Source: Eledone cirrhosa
Lineage: Eukaryota
DNA length: 64,000 nucleotides
Reading direction: 5' to 3'
Assembly (NCBI GenBank): GCA_964016885.1
Contig: OZ024742.1
Span: 38,192,001-38,256,000 of the forward strand
Shown: positions 14,889-27,868 of the stretch, piece by piece
Position numbering within the stretch: the stretch's first letter is position 1
Layout: each line of letters begins with the position of its first letter
Program-made: the position numbers and the translations under genes
The notes under the pieces: model-generated
Database searches by the model: none
What the model saw: the letters and a program-made list of their open reading frames with translations, nothing else
What the model was told of the DNA's origin: nothing

Positions 14889-15764
14889 TAAACGATGATG
14901 ATGATAATATACACATGCAATTGGTATCCATTCTTCTCTAAGTATAAACATTTCTCTCTTTCAAATATTGTTATCACCTTATAATAATCTAGGAGGGGAG
15001 TAACTGTAGCAGAGTTAGGAGGGGTTAGTGGGAAAATTCATTCAAATAAAAGGGGTTCGTGGGTAGTAACAATGTTGGAAACCATTGGTTTAACTTCAAA
15101 TAAAATCTATATTGATGAAGAGAAATTCTCAATTGATATAACAGACAAGGGAAAATAATCACGATAAACAAAAAAATTTTCAAACTTTGCTGTATTGTGT
15201 TATCAAGGGTATTAGTACTGTCTGGGAGTTGTGTCCTTGAGCAGGACATTTTATTTTATGTTGCTCCAGTTCATTCAGTTGGCGAAAGTGAGTTGCACTT
15301 GTATTTCAAAGGGCCAACTATGTCACATTAAGTATACACATGTTTGTGGAATGTTCAGTCACTTGTATGTTTTCACAAGCAAGCTGTTCTGTTATTTGAA
15401 TAACTGGAATGCTCATCATCAAAATCGACAGAGGTCTAACAAGAACAGCACTATTGCATTATTGAACTAATCAGGGGTTTTCCTGCAAATTAACCCTTTC
15501 ATTAACATATTTCTAATGAAAAACAGTCTGGTTTTCAAATAAGTTTGAAAATAATCAAGAATTGGAGGAATTTAGTAATATTCTTTCCTTTATTCTTTTA
15601 CTATTTTAATTCATCAGACTGGCCATGCAGGGGTTTCACCTTGATTTAGTTGATCATATCAACTCCACTACTTACTTTTTCAAGTCTGTTATTTTATCAA
15701 TCCATTTCTTTAGCCCTCTATATGGTCATACAGAGAGAGAAAGAGAGACACACACATATATATA

Positions 15765-15970
15765 TCATCATCATTGTTTTTACGTTTATTTTGAGGTCAG
15801 CTCTCACCATCTCTGCCCTTGTCTTTCTTGGTCTAACTCTACTGTGGCTTCCTTCCACTGGTATTTCCTGGCATTTTTTCACCCATCGATCATCATCCAC
15901 GTGCACCACATGTCCTTACCAATACAGTCTTCTCTCCTGCACACCACCTTGGATTCCTCTTAAACTCAGC
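15765..15970 (-). mobile_element. Short RTE 3' fragment
   Basis: ORF 15718-15909 DDRWVKKCQEIPVEG..RPRKT. The same subfamily recurs at 58755-58975 and 61590-61880 on the plus strand. Confidence 0.75.
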
Positions 15971-16792
15971 TTATATATATATTGGTCAACCCAAGGTAAT
16001 AGAAGACATTTGCCTAAGCTGTTGCACAGCAGAACTGAACCCAGAAACACATAGTTGTGAAGCAAACTTCTTATCCACTCAGTCGTACCCGAGTCTTAAA
16101 TTTCTTATTATCAAGCTGGTGTTTGGACATAACTTAACAAAGGTTCTTACATGAAATTAATTAATGGTAGACACTTCAAGTGTAAATATGAGCACTTTAA
16201 AACAAACAACTTAATATCATACATAGAATCAGGGTTGGTTTCAGGCAGTTTGGCATCATAAGGATCCCCTTATATAATTATCGTGGGGGGGGGGGGGGGG
16301 GGGGGTCTGCCTCAATATGAAGAAGACATTGCAAATGAAGTGTTAAACACATCTCAACCAAACAATATGTAATTGAAAGCTTTTAACATTTTGTTAATAG
16401 TGGGTACCTCTTAATTGTGGCAGAAAAAAATATTTTTATAAACAAACAAGACTTGGTTGACTTATGAAACATCCAAGAATTTGAAATTTACAATGCAGAT
16501 ATATATAATGAATATAATATATATATATAATGAAATTATTGTGTACAGTGCTCAGGTGCACTACAACTCATCAAAGGTGCATGTATAGTACATAGAATAA
16601 TGTACAAATGTCAGGAAAATAAACAGTGTATGAGTCATGATATAATAACAATAACAATAATGAAATATTGTGCACAGTGCCCAGGTGCACCACAACCCAT
16701 CAAAAAAGTGCATGTACAGTACATAGGGCAATGCACAAACATCAGTAAAATGAACAGTGCACACATGTGTGCATGTGTATGGAAGGGGCACA

Positions 16793-17634
16793 TCAGGTGT
16801 AGTTTTGGCGTATTTCGGGAAGCATGAGTGTCTTAAAGGATGCAGTGTCTCGGCAGCTAACAATTGACGCAGGCAGTTTGTTCCATGTTTCAGCAACTCT
16901 GAGCGTGAAAAAATGTCTGCGAAAGTCATGGGAGCTGTGCTGTTTTCTTATCTTGTAGGCATGTCCACGTGTGTTAGATACATGGAGATCAAAGAGGCGC
17001 TCAGGGTTGCAGTTGGCGAGATGGTTAAAAACTTTGTGGGTATTCACCAAGTCCACTGCCAGACGTCGGAGCTTCAATGAATCCATGCCCAGGGAAGCAA
17101 GGCGTTCAGAGTATGGTAGGTGTCTGATGGAGGGTATGCGCTTGGTTGCACGTCTCTGAACAGTTTCCAGGAGGTCAATGTTCCGAGCAAGATAGGGGTT
17201 CCAGACTGATGATGCGAATTCCAAGTGTGGTCGCACCATAGCTGTATACAGTTTTAAATAGATGGCTGGAGAGCGGCTAACAAAGGTCTTGCTGAGTGAT
17301 GCCAAGACACCCTCGGCCTTCTTGACAATCTTAGAGACATGCTTTGTCCAACGCAAATCGTTGCTGACAGTAATGCCCAGGTCACGTTCACAAGAGGACT
17401 TTTTGATGTCAGTGTTGTGGAGGGAGTATGTGGACGCTGGATTTTTCCTTCCAAAATGCATGGTGGTACACTTGTCCACAGCCAGCTTCAGTTGCCAGTC
17501 TGTGATCCATTGCTGCATTGTGTCCAGGTCTGATTGTAGGAAAGAGTTGTAAATTTCAGGATCAGTCCTTTTGATTTCAAGGTACAGCTTGATGTCATCT
17601 GCATATTTTAGTACCGTGGCATTCTGTAAGTTGG
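16793..17634 (-). CDS. CR1 ORF2, C-terminal part (YADD onward)
   Basis: ANLQNATVLKYADD...EIRQNYT*. Joins 20437-22345 in frame once the RTE and one TSD copy are removed (1909+842=2751 nt, 917 codons). Confidence 0.9.
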
Positions 17635-17640
17635 CATCTA

Positions 17641-20436
17641 TCATCATCATCATCATCATCATCACCGTTTTACGTCCGTTCTTCCACGCTAGCATGGGTT
17701 AGACGGGTTGTCCTGTTGTGGGCAGTGTCTGGTCGGCTGACCATGCCTTGCTCATACAGGAACTGATCTGGCTTGATTTCTACAGCTGGATGCCCTTCCT
17801 AACACCAACCTCATTTACAGTGAGTGCTGGGTGCTTTTTCGTGGCGCCTACACGTCCACTTTACAGTGTGGGCTGGGTGCTTTTTTGCCGTGGCTCCTCC
17901 ACGACCACCTTGCGGTGGGGGGGGGGTGTGGGGGCATATTGTTTATATGCTTCAGCATGTACCCATGGGAGGTCGGGTACCCTGTATTACTGCGTGACGC
18001 CAGAAGTCACGGTCGTGTGTCATTGACTTTGAGAGGTGTAGTTGGGTAAGGTCGGCTTTTATCACCTCATCCCAAGTCATCTTGGGTCTCCCCACTCCGC
18101 GGTTTCCATCAACTTCTAGTGCTCTGCACCTTTTTATGCAGCTGTCATCCTTCATACGCATCACATGTCCATACCAGCGTAACCGCCTCTCCTGCACGCA
18201 GCATTTGATTCCTCTTATGCTCAGTCTCTCTCTCAATTCATTTATGCTTTGTCGTTCACGTATATTACTGTTACACATCCATCGGAGCATGCAGGCTTCG
18301 TTTCTCTCTAATCTACGTAAGTCTTCCACCTTCAGCGCCCAGGTCTCACTACCATGCAACATCGCTGTTCGGATACACGCATCATACAGTCTGCCTTTCA
18401 TTCTGAGGGAGAAGCCTTTTGCAGCTAGCAGTGGTAGTAGTTCCCTAAACTTCTTCCATCCCGTTCTTACCCTAGTTATTGTACTTTCTGAGCACCCACC
18501 TCCGTTGCTAATTCGGTCACCTAGGTAGCAGAAGCTGTCTACTGTTTCTACAGGGCCCTCCCAGAGATTGGTGGTACTTGTTTCCTGTGGCTGTTTGCTT
18601 GCTGTTTCAGCACAGCTGCTGCATGTGAATCCTACATTCTTAATTAAGCTTCCTGAGATCCCGCTACATCTCTTGTGTACCCATTGTTTGCATTTGGGGC
18701 AAAGAATGGAGTTCCTACCTACACCTTTCCTACATACTGAGCAAGGCCATTTCCCTGAGGGGATCTGGGTTCTGTTTTCTCGTCTACTTATAAGGACCTT
18801 AGTCTTTGTCATGTTGACTTTGAGGCCCTTTCTCTCTAGTCCCTGCTTCCAGGTTTGGAATTTATTCTCTAGTTCTACCATAGATTCAGCTATGAGTGCG
18901 AGGTCATCAGCATACAGGAGTTCCCATGGGCATCCGGTCTTAAACTCCTCCGTTATTGCCTGCAGGACTATGATGAACAGGAGAGGGCTAAGAACAGAGC
19001 CCTGGTGGACCCCAACCTGTACGCTAAATTCCTCGCTATACTCATTGCCAATCCTAACTTTGCTGACTGCTCCCCTATACATGGCTTGTACCGCTTTCAC
19101 AAGCCATTCATCTACTCCTAGTTTTCTAAGAGCCCACCAGATTACTGCACGTGGAACTCTGTCAAAGGCTTTCTCAAGGTCGACAAATGCCAAGTAGAGT
19201 GGCTTACTTTTAGCTAGGTACTTTTCCTGTAATTGCCTCACAAGGAAGAGCGCATCAGTGGTGCCTTTCCCTGGAACAAACCCAAATTGCATCTCGTCTA
19301 TATTCACCCGGTCCCTAATCAGCTGTGCTATAACTCTTTCTGTTACTTTCATGACCTGGTCCATCAACTTTATACCTCTATAGTTTCCTCTATCTAGTGC
19401 ATCGCCTTTACCTTTGTAGCAGTTGACAATGATGCTACTGCACCAATCTTTTGGTATGGCCCCCTCTAGTATTACCTGGTTAACGATACGTGTGGTTATA
19501 GTGTGACCTACAGACCCAGATGCCTTCAGCATCTCGGCAGCTATACCCGATGGACCGGTTGCCTTCCCTATCTTCATATCTCTGATTGCCTTACTTACTA
19601 CGCTGCCGCTGACTTGTACTGCTGGTCCCTCTATAGGGTCTACGTGGGGTAGGGTCTCTTCTTCCCATGCATTCTCCTCATTTAGTAATCTATCATAATG
19701 ACTCTTCCATGCATCTTTCTTCTCAGCACTTGTGAGGGCAAGCTCACCTTTATCATTCCGGATACACTTCTCTCCAATGACATCACAACTATCTCTGACA
19801 CACTGCCTCGCAATCTTGAATACCTCCTGTTTCTGGTCCTCACGTTGTAAAACATGCTTGAATTTTCTATCCTCTGCTTCCCTCCTAGCTAAGTATACTT
19901 GTCGCCTAGCTTCCCTCTTGGTCTCTATGTAATGTACCCTGCTCCCCCCGTTCTTCCATTCTTTCCATGCCTGTCTCTTGGCCTTGACTGCTTCATCTAC
20001 CTTATTGTTCCACCACCAAGTCACTCTCCTCCTGCTTGAGGTCTTACTCCAGCCACAAACCTCATCCGTCGCCTCTAGTAAGTTATTTTTTAGGAACTCC
20101 CAGTTCTCTTCTACGTTAAATGTCTCTATCTGTTCTTCTTTACTGTCGTAGGCGTTGAGTAAAATATCTTTAAATCTGTTACTGGTTGAGGGGACTTTCA
20201 GCTTCCAGATCTTTCTTCTCCAGGTTGGCCTCTGTTTCAGGGCTCGTCTAGTTCTGACCGTGAGGTCGCTGACAACTAAGCTATGTTGGGATGTACATTC
20301 CTCACTAGGGAAGGCTTTTGTGTTTACGACCGTCCATCTGTCACGTCCTCTGATGAGGATAAAATCTAACTGACTAGAGTGCTCCCCTGATCTATAGGTG
20401 ATCAGGTGGTTGTCGGGTTTTTTAAAGTTTGTGTTA
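17641..20436 (-). mobile_element. 5'-truncated RTE LINE inserted into CR1 ORF2
   Basis: Reading frame open from 20435 (NTNFKKPDNHLITY) to the stop at 17952, with RT motifs (NYRGIKL, AFVDLEKAFD, GVHQGSVLSP, LYADD, YLG). (GAT)n tail at 17641-17663. TSD catctat at 17635-17641 and 20437-20443. Confidence 0.95.
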
Positions 20437-22405
20437 CATCTATGTCATTAATATATGCCACAAACAAAAGAGGACCAAGAACAGATCCCTGTGGTACACC
20501 AGATGACATCTCATATGGTGAAGAATGCTGTCCTAGAACTGTGACTACTTCCTTTCGGCTGAGAATGAAGGATTTCAGCCAGTCGAAAAGATCATCCCTC
20601 ACACCCATTGCAGAGAGTTTTGCCATAAGTCTTTTGTGTGGCACAGAATTAAAAGCCTTAGCAAAGTCAAGGTAAACAACATCCACCCATGAGCCGCTGT
20701 CAGTGATCCGGGTGATGTCCTCAAGGAACTCGATAAGCTGATCACAGCAGCTGGAGTTAGGGATAAATCCAAACTGTGAGGGCCGGATGAGGCTGTGAGA
20801 GCTCCAGAAGTTCCAAAGTGTTTCTCTGACACAGGATTCCATCAGTTTGGCCATACAGCTAGTAAGACTGACTGGACGATAGTTGACAGGTGACATGCGG
20901 TTGCCCTTTTTGAACAGGGGAATGACACTGGCAGTTTTCCACTGCTCTGGAGTAGCACCATTGCTGAGACAGTATTGAAAGAAAAAAGAAAGCTGGCGCA
21001 AAAGGAAATCCCCGCCACGTTTGAGAAGCAGGTATGTCACACCATCAAGACCAGGGGAGGCATAGTTGCGCTTATTCTTAAGGTGACGTCGCAACATTGC
21101 AGGTGTAAATTCCATAGTTGTTATGGAATTTGATGTTAGAGATGGTGGAGATGGTACATTCTGGTTTTCAACAGTAAAAATACTTGCATAGCACTCAGCA
21201 ATGAGTTCTGCGCATTCCTTGGGATCGTCAGTGATCTGGCTTGTGTGGGGATTGCGAAGAGGACCAACTGGAGAGTGAGGTCTCTGCTTTGAATGAACAT
21301 ATTTCCAGAACACCTTACTGTCGGGATTGGTTGCGATGCACTGTTCAAATTCAAGCACTGCCTTCTTTGTCACTTGCTTGAGATGGTTAGAAGATTTATT
21401 CCGCTTTTTTCTGTTGGCATCTGATCTATGCAGTTTATATTCCCGTTCAGCGTTCCGACGTTCTTTCCTGGCAAGTCGGACTGCTGAAGTTTCCCAGATT
21501 GCACTTTTGGGGTGGTTATTTTTCCGCTTCCGTGGCACTGATGCTGCACACGCTATCCATATTGAGTCCAGGATGCTCTGGAGTATAGAGTTCACATCTC
21601 CAGAGTTATACATCTCATGCCAGTTTGGGCGCTGTAGCTCAGTGCAGTACAAGTTCCAATCAAAGCAAGCAGATTGGATATGGCTCTGGTTTTTGTTGCT
21701 GCCCTCAAGTGCCAGATTGGCAATGATCATAGCATGATCAGAGTCGCCTAGAGGTTCCTCAGTAGTACAACTGATAACCACTTCAGGAGTAGTGGTGAAG
21801 ATCAGGTCCAAAGTGTTGTCACCTCTTGTTGGAGAGGTGACTACTTGTGACCAGTTTGAGTCCAGCACTAGTTCAAGGAAATCGTTTGCACCCTGTGGCC
21901 AACGAAAGGTTTCCCAATCGATCTCAGGATGATTGAAGTCACCTGCAATAAACACATAAGTGGCTGTTTTCTTGGCAGCAACTCTGAGGATATCGCAAAG
22001 CTGTGTGTCCTGATGGTAGTTTGGGGGGCGATAAACAACACCAAGCAGAAGTGTTGACATGGTCATACGTATGTCACAGAAAAAAACTTCTTCCTGTGAT
22101 TCGTTCAAATCAACGCAAGGAATTACCGAAAAGTTTGAACGAACGTAGACCATCACACCACCACCACGGCGGTTAATGCGGTCCTTGCGGAAAAGGTTGT
22201 ACCCAGTAATGGTGAAAACCCCATCACAGAGTAAGGAATGTGCCCATGTTTCCGTGACTGTGATGAAGTCAGGGTCGATGCTTCTGACGTAGGATTCGAA
22301 CAGATGTATCTTGTTGCATAAACTGCGAGCATTTAAGGACAACAATTTGTACCCTGCTCGCAGTTTATGATGGTGTGTAGAGGGTGGCAGGTTGTTCTGG
22401 TTTAG
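20437..22405 (-). CDS. CR1 ORF2, N-terminal part (APE endonuclease plus RT), no AUG start
   Basis: Frame stays open upstream of the TTG at 22345 through the ORF1 stop (LNQNNLPPSTHHHKLRAGYKLLSLNARS). Confidence 0.88.
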
Positions 22406-22845
22406 TTTCCCAGAGTTGTAGCAGTTTTTACATTGCCAGTTATTGTGGGTAGATCACACTCAGACCAGCTGGTATCTCTCTTCCACGTTTCACCAGCCTT
22501 GACAAACCTCCAGATCTGCCCATCATCACGCAGACTGAAACTTTCATCTTGTGCTGAGTTCCGATTCAAGGAAGCTGCAGCACGTAGTTTTGGACGTACA
22601 TGGGGTGGTAGGCCTGGGCGTGTTCGGAAGGTAATCCGATTTTCACGCCCAGCTTTAGCAGAGGCGAGATGATATGAGGTTGCCTCTGCGGGGTCCGAGA
22701 AAGACAGCCTGATGAGTCTGGGTTTTGGACCAGGTCGACCAAGGCGGAGGGCACCCTTTGGGGGAACACAGCCTAGGTCTTTGGCCGAGCTGGCAGCAAA
22801 TGCCTGAAGATCGGCCTTGTCCTCTGGTACCCCAATGGCAATCAC
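22402..22845 (-). CDS. CR1 ORF1 C-terminal fragment
   Basis: Open frame with GVPE..., RLGRPGPKPRLIRLSF (RRM-like pattern typical of CR1/L2 ORF1) directly upstream of ORF2; ends ...TTLGN*. Confidence 0.7.
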   Translation of the reverse strand: MIAIGVPEDKADLQAFAASSAKDLGCVPPKGALRLGRPGPKPRLIRLSFSDPAEATSYHLASAKAGRENRITFRTRPGLPPHVRPKLRAAASLNRNSAQDESFSLRDDGQIWRFVKAGETWKRDTSWSECDLPTITGNVKTATTLGN

Positions 22846-23119
22846 TTCATGATAACTATAATAATAGTTGATAATTATAGATAATTGTTAAATAAATCAG
22901 GCAAAGTACCACAGGAGACAGATAAAGTGGACAGAGATGTCTGGGGAATAAAACCATGCATCTTTCCTATGACAAGTGTCTCTGTGAACCTTTTTCTGTC
23001 TTCAGAAGTATTTGATATGATTTATTCAACTACTATATATAGTTATCTGCATTGTGACAACTATATTTTCAAATTTCTTTTATTTTTGTGGTATAACTAC
23101 AACTAGTAGAGGCCTAGAG

Positions 23120-23494
23120 CAGTGGCTCCCAAATGATTGTTTGTTTTTTAGCTCATGGAACATTTTAGAACAAGTAAAAATATTTTGCTGCAGTTTGTAC
23201 CTAGATTTCAAAATTTATTCAAAAGAAGTATTTATACATAATTAGCATAGCATAAAGTAGAAATATAGATAATTAAAAATACAGAAAAATTATATGTATT
23301 TCCTTTTTTAGTCAATAAATGAGCAAAGTTATCAATGAGAAACATGCAGTTTGTTGGAGTTTAGTTTGTTTCTCATTTTGTCGGTTAATTTTGTAATTTT
23401 TATATTTTGAAATAGAATCTTGCTCTTTTGTGGTACATTTAATTACATCTCAGAATGCACCATTATATTACAGCACACAGATTAGGAACCACTG
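23120..23494. mobile_element. hAT (Charlie/MER5-like) MITE
   Basis: Termini cagtggctcccaaa and attaggaaccactg; flanks gcctagag and gtctagaa fit the NTCTAGAN target preference. Confidence 0.65.
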
Positions 23495-24136
23495 GTCTAG
23501 AAAGAAACAAAAACAGTATTGCCTGAAATATAGTACAAGTAAAAATAAAGACCCAATTTTCAGTAATACTACAGTGCTAAGTTTATGAAATGGAGAAAAT
23601 GAATTCACATTTGATGAGAAAGAAAAAATAATTGTATTTTAATTTAAGACGAAGAAAGATGAATTTGGTTTCAGTCACATTTATTCATTACATTCATATG
23701 GGAAAAAGAAAGTGAATTAATTAAAAAAATGCCATAATTTTCTGCTAAGTTCGATTGGAGTGTGATTGAAATGGGTAGTCACCCATGTCAAGCCCAATCA
23801 CTCACCCTGTTTTACCTGTAAAAATCTATTTGAAAAGCAGATAAAGATTCTGTAGAGCAGAGATACTAGGAAATGCTTCAAGGTTAGTCCACTAAAGTCT
23901 GAGTAAGTTAGAAAGCAATGGGCGAGCTATTGTCTAGAACTGAATAATATTTAGCAACTACAAACAATGTACATTATATAATATACATATATATATATAC
24001 ACACACACACATACACATACTAGTCAATAGACAAATGTAAATAATATAGCTGAAATAAAAAAAATTGTGATTAACTTCCTGGCACTGCTTGTTATTTAAA
24101 AAAAAAAAAAAAATCTTAGCTATTATAAATTATATT

Positions 24137-24168
<32 letters not shown>

Positions 24169-25112
24169 TATATATGTATTATATATATATATATAGTGAA
24201 AAATATATACACATATATATATGTGTGTGTTAGTTTGAATGTGGAAAACATCCAAAACTAAATGTTGCTGAACACACTAACAGACATGACGTATGAGAAA
24301 ATATTTATTCTATACTATAGGATGGTTTAATTTATTTTAGAAGGTATTTGGCATCAGACTTTGAGTTGCATAAGCTGATTTCTAAGGATGCCTGCTTGCA
24401 ATGCAAAAGATATGTGCAGGTAAACCAAACAACACTTGCATTGTGCAGTATGTCAACAGAAGGTTTATGCAAATTTCAGTATCTTTTGATATCAGTCATT
24501 TATTTATACATACATGTGTGTGTCTGTTGGACTTCTGTCAGTTCCGAAGATGAGTGTCTCAGTTGTTTGATCAATGGAACAGCCTACAAACTCCTTAACC
24601 AGACCACCATGTCCATGTAGAACTTTTATATGAAACAACAGTAATATACTGTTGGTAACCACGTGAAACATGGTTTGAAACCCACATATTCAAATGTATA
24701 AAACTAACTGTTTACAAAAAAAATGGTGATATATTTTAATTATTGGCCCCCTGTTGGTTCTGACGTGGACCTGCTCATGAAATTAATGAGGTTGAACATT
24801 CCACAGATACATGTACCTTAATGCAAGTCTCAATCAAAAGAGCTGGAGCTTTGAATTACTGGTACTGTTCATCTGATGGGCTTTCAGTCTGTCTATCCAA
24901 TTTCAGTCACACATGAATTAATTGAAGAGAAGATAGAGTGGAGGTCAAAAAGTCATACACAGAATAAAACAGCCTCATAATTGCGAAGTGAACTTCTAAA
25001 CAACTTGAGGATGACTACATATATGTACATGACAACTAATGGGTTTCACTAACAATCATTTTCATCTGTGACATGTATGGTCAACTCCCCATATATGTAT
25101 GTCCACATTTAA

Positions 25113-25320
25113 CCCTTTAGCATTTACATTACTCAATATTTACTATTGTATTTCCACAGTAAAGGCTTTATCTCACATAATATCGAATCTATGAGATTTT
25201 GATGTTATTTATTTTGAGAACAATATGTCAACATCAGTATGAGTGGTTGATTATAGTCGGTTTGAACAGAAAGGGGTGAGAGAATTCTGGCCATACATGG
25301 CCACTTTAAATGCTAGAGGG
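25113..25320. mobile_element. piggyBac-like MITE with TTAA target site
   Basis: TTAA|ccctttagcattta ... taaatgctagaggg|TTAA. Family copies at 47752-47972, 55891-56109, 59742-59949. Confidence 0.85.
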
Positions 25321-25929
25321 TTAATGTAACATCCAGAATGCAAGGAAACTGGTAGTGATCTATCAACAAAAGTTAATCCAGAAAATATTGTAGAGAAAAA
25401 TAATTCCAGTGAGTTGATTTGTTGTGGGGAGTGAAAAATACACCATTTCAGATGCTTGTCTTTCTCCAGATAGAAAGGATTGATTAATACCACAATCACA
25501 GAATGGTGAATGAATAATGAAAGAGGTGAAAGAGTAATGTGGAGTGGTAGGTAAGAAAAGGAAAGTGTGAGTAATGTGGGAGAAAGTAACATGCAGGAAA
25601 ATGGGGTGAAATTTTGTATAAAGAGCCAAGTCAGTTGAAATAGGAAGGAGATAGTAACAGCCAGTGTCCCAAGTTAGGTGTCTTGTTGGAACGATGAAAC
25701 AATTTGAAATTGAAGGATCATGTACCTTGTTTTGGAAGTAACCACTCAGTCTCTCAACATGTCTGGAACTTGTTTAGTAAGCATGTGAGAGGGGCGGAAA
25801 TGGAGATATCTGCCAAGAATCGAGAACCCAACATCGGAGATGGGCAAAGCCTGTAAAGTTGCGATAGCTATGGGGGTGATTGAACAACTAACAAGTTGGT
25901 GGAGTTTGAATATTGTTTTTGTGTACACT

Positions 25930-26220
25930 TTACATAATACCGAAAGGCAGCAAATTGGCAGTCATTAAGGAATAGAGCCTCTATTTGTTCTGGCTCATTT
26001 TGCACTCCGAGTTCAAATCAAGGTCAATAAATAAAGCACCACTCCAGTGCTGGAGTTAATTATTCCTCAATCTCTCATTATCACTTTCTCTGGAAGAAAT
26101 CGGCTGTGATCCGACCTTGTAAAGGAAGGACTCCACCAGGCTTCAAAAATGTCCAAGAAACACCATATGTTAAGACAGTGCTACCGCAGCTCCATCAAGA
26201 GTTAGGAGCTCAAAATTAAT
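25930..26220 (+). repeat. Unclassified SINE-like interspersed repeat
   Basis: Shares a ctctggaagaaatc...ccaagaaac block with 62520-62700 and, more weakly, 43970-44160. Confidence 0.45.
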
Positions 26221-27682
26221 AATACTTTACATACTATGTCATATTTGTGCAATCCTTGTAGACAGTGTACTTTATTTTTGTCTTGTAAATGCTTGCATTG
26301 TATTATGCACATATGTGTAATTTTTTATTTTCACAATTCATAGCATGCCTCAAATGTTATTACTTACTTTCATAACACTGTATGTGTGGTTGTTTTATTC
26401 TGTAGTTCCTTTTGTCCATCATTCTATCTTCACTTAATTCATTAGACATGGTCCTCACCACCTCCCTCTCATTTGAACTGACCTGGCTCTTGCTGCAAAC
26501 TTTCACCACACCTACACTCCACATTACTCTTCTCATACACCCACCTTCCCCTACACTCACCATACCACATTACTGTCTTCACATTTTCCTTTTAGTGAGC
26601 GTGGTATATTGGTATATTAACTTCTGTATTTTTCTTGCAGGAAGATATGTGTGTATATCATCATGTAATGTTTATTTTTCAGATGTTTATAGTATCTTTA
26701 CTACTGGATAAATTGTTGTGAAAATTTATAATGTGATGGATACAGTTTGGCATTTTTCATGACTCTCTAGCAAATATGGTACACAATCTTAAGAGTCAAC
26801 ACTCTTCAGTTAACTTATTCTAGCATACAGACTTTTCTAAGACATCCATCTATTTTCGTTTAAGATAGGGACTCAGTGATGTGTGTAACCCATCTGCAAT
26901 AGTATTTCTATAGTTTCTTTGTAGTTATCCTTGACAGACTTACTATAGATGTTTTCCATTTGAAGGCTCTTTATTTATTATAAGCCCTATCACTGTAGTC
27001 TGCTTACAGTAGTGCTCCACTCCCTATCTCCATTGTAAACTGTACAGCATGACCTACTGCAACCTGCAGCCATTATCATGTCAGCTTCTGCATGCAAACA
27101 ACCATAGTTCAATTCACTGTTGAGCATTTGGTAACTTCTATAACATGTCATTTGTAACCCCCATTTATCACCACTGGTAGATCATGTAGTTAGTCTTGAC
27201 AGGCTTACTGTACAGGCTCACCATATGATGTCTGTATCTTAGATTGGAAATACATACAATATACACCAACACACTGCTCATTTCGCACTCTTCAACTAAC
27301 AAAATGTATGTCACAAAAATTAAGTTGGAAAGTTCAAATTTTCAAGTCCAAGAAAAGTTAACAGGCAGGAAAGTCAACACTAATATCTTTACCAGTCTCC
27401 CCATAAGATTTAAACTTCACAAATCACTCATTTTCACTCTCTTCCATTTAAAATCAATTTTGTTCAGCATTCAAGATAACTCAGAAAATAGATCATCACA
27501 CTTGTAAAATATGTTTAAGGAATCACATGTCAGTATGTGCAAAGAATCATCTAGAAATGAAAATAAAACAAACAAAATTGTTCTCATTGACCTTTTTTTT
27601 AAAACATTTTTCCTTTTAATGGTTAAAACAAAAAAAAAAAAGAAGCAAAACAAGAAGAAAAAGAAACAAAAAGTATGAATAT

Positions 27683-27799
27683 GCACACACACACACGTGT
27701 GTATGTATATATGTGTATATATATATATATGTGTGTGTATATGTATATGTGTGTATATATATGTATGTGTATATATGTGTATGTATATATGTATACATA

Positions 27800-27841
<42 letters not shown>

Positions 27842-27868
27842 GTCACACACATACAACATATGTGTGTA
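27683..27868. repeat. (TA/TG)n microsatellite
   Basis: Direct inspection. Confidence 0.95.

Larger units (their letters stand above)
16528..22847 (-). mobile_element. CR1-like LINE (partial ORF1, ORF2 APE+RT, 3' UTR), split by an RTE insertion
   Basis: ORF 20402-22345 has APE (SLNARSL, VTETW, GDFN, LDLIF, SDH) and RT (NYRPVSLT, YLDFAKAF, GVPQGSVLGP). ORF 16793-17695 continues with YADD. ORF1 remnant at 22402-22845. Confidence 0.95.

Noticed and set aside
16284-16305. G homopolymer (~22 nt), possible G-quadruplex
   Set aside because: Simple homopolymer with no supporting context; length unreliable.
12912-17640. Two similar CR1 3' ends 2.3 kb apart as a possible assembly duplication or LTR pair
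   Set aside because: They differ by many substitutions and indels, have different flanks and truncation points, and carry LINE-type tails; independent insertions are more likely.
17641-17695. Poly-Met N-terminus of ORF 16793-17695
   Set aside because: It is the RTE (GAT)n tail read in frame into the CR1 fragment, not a real start.
18082-21737. Long plus-strand ORFs opposite the LINE ORFs
   Set aside because: Antisense shadows of RTE/CR1 coding sequence with no recognisable motifs.
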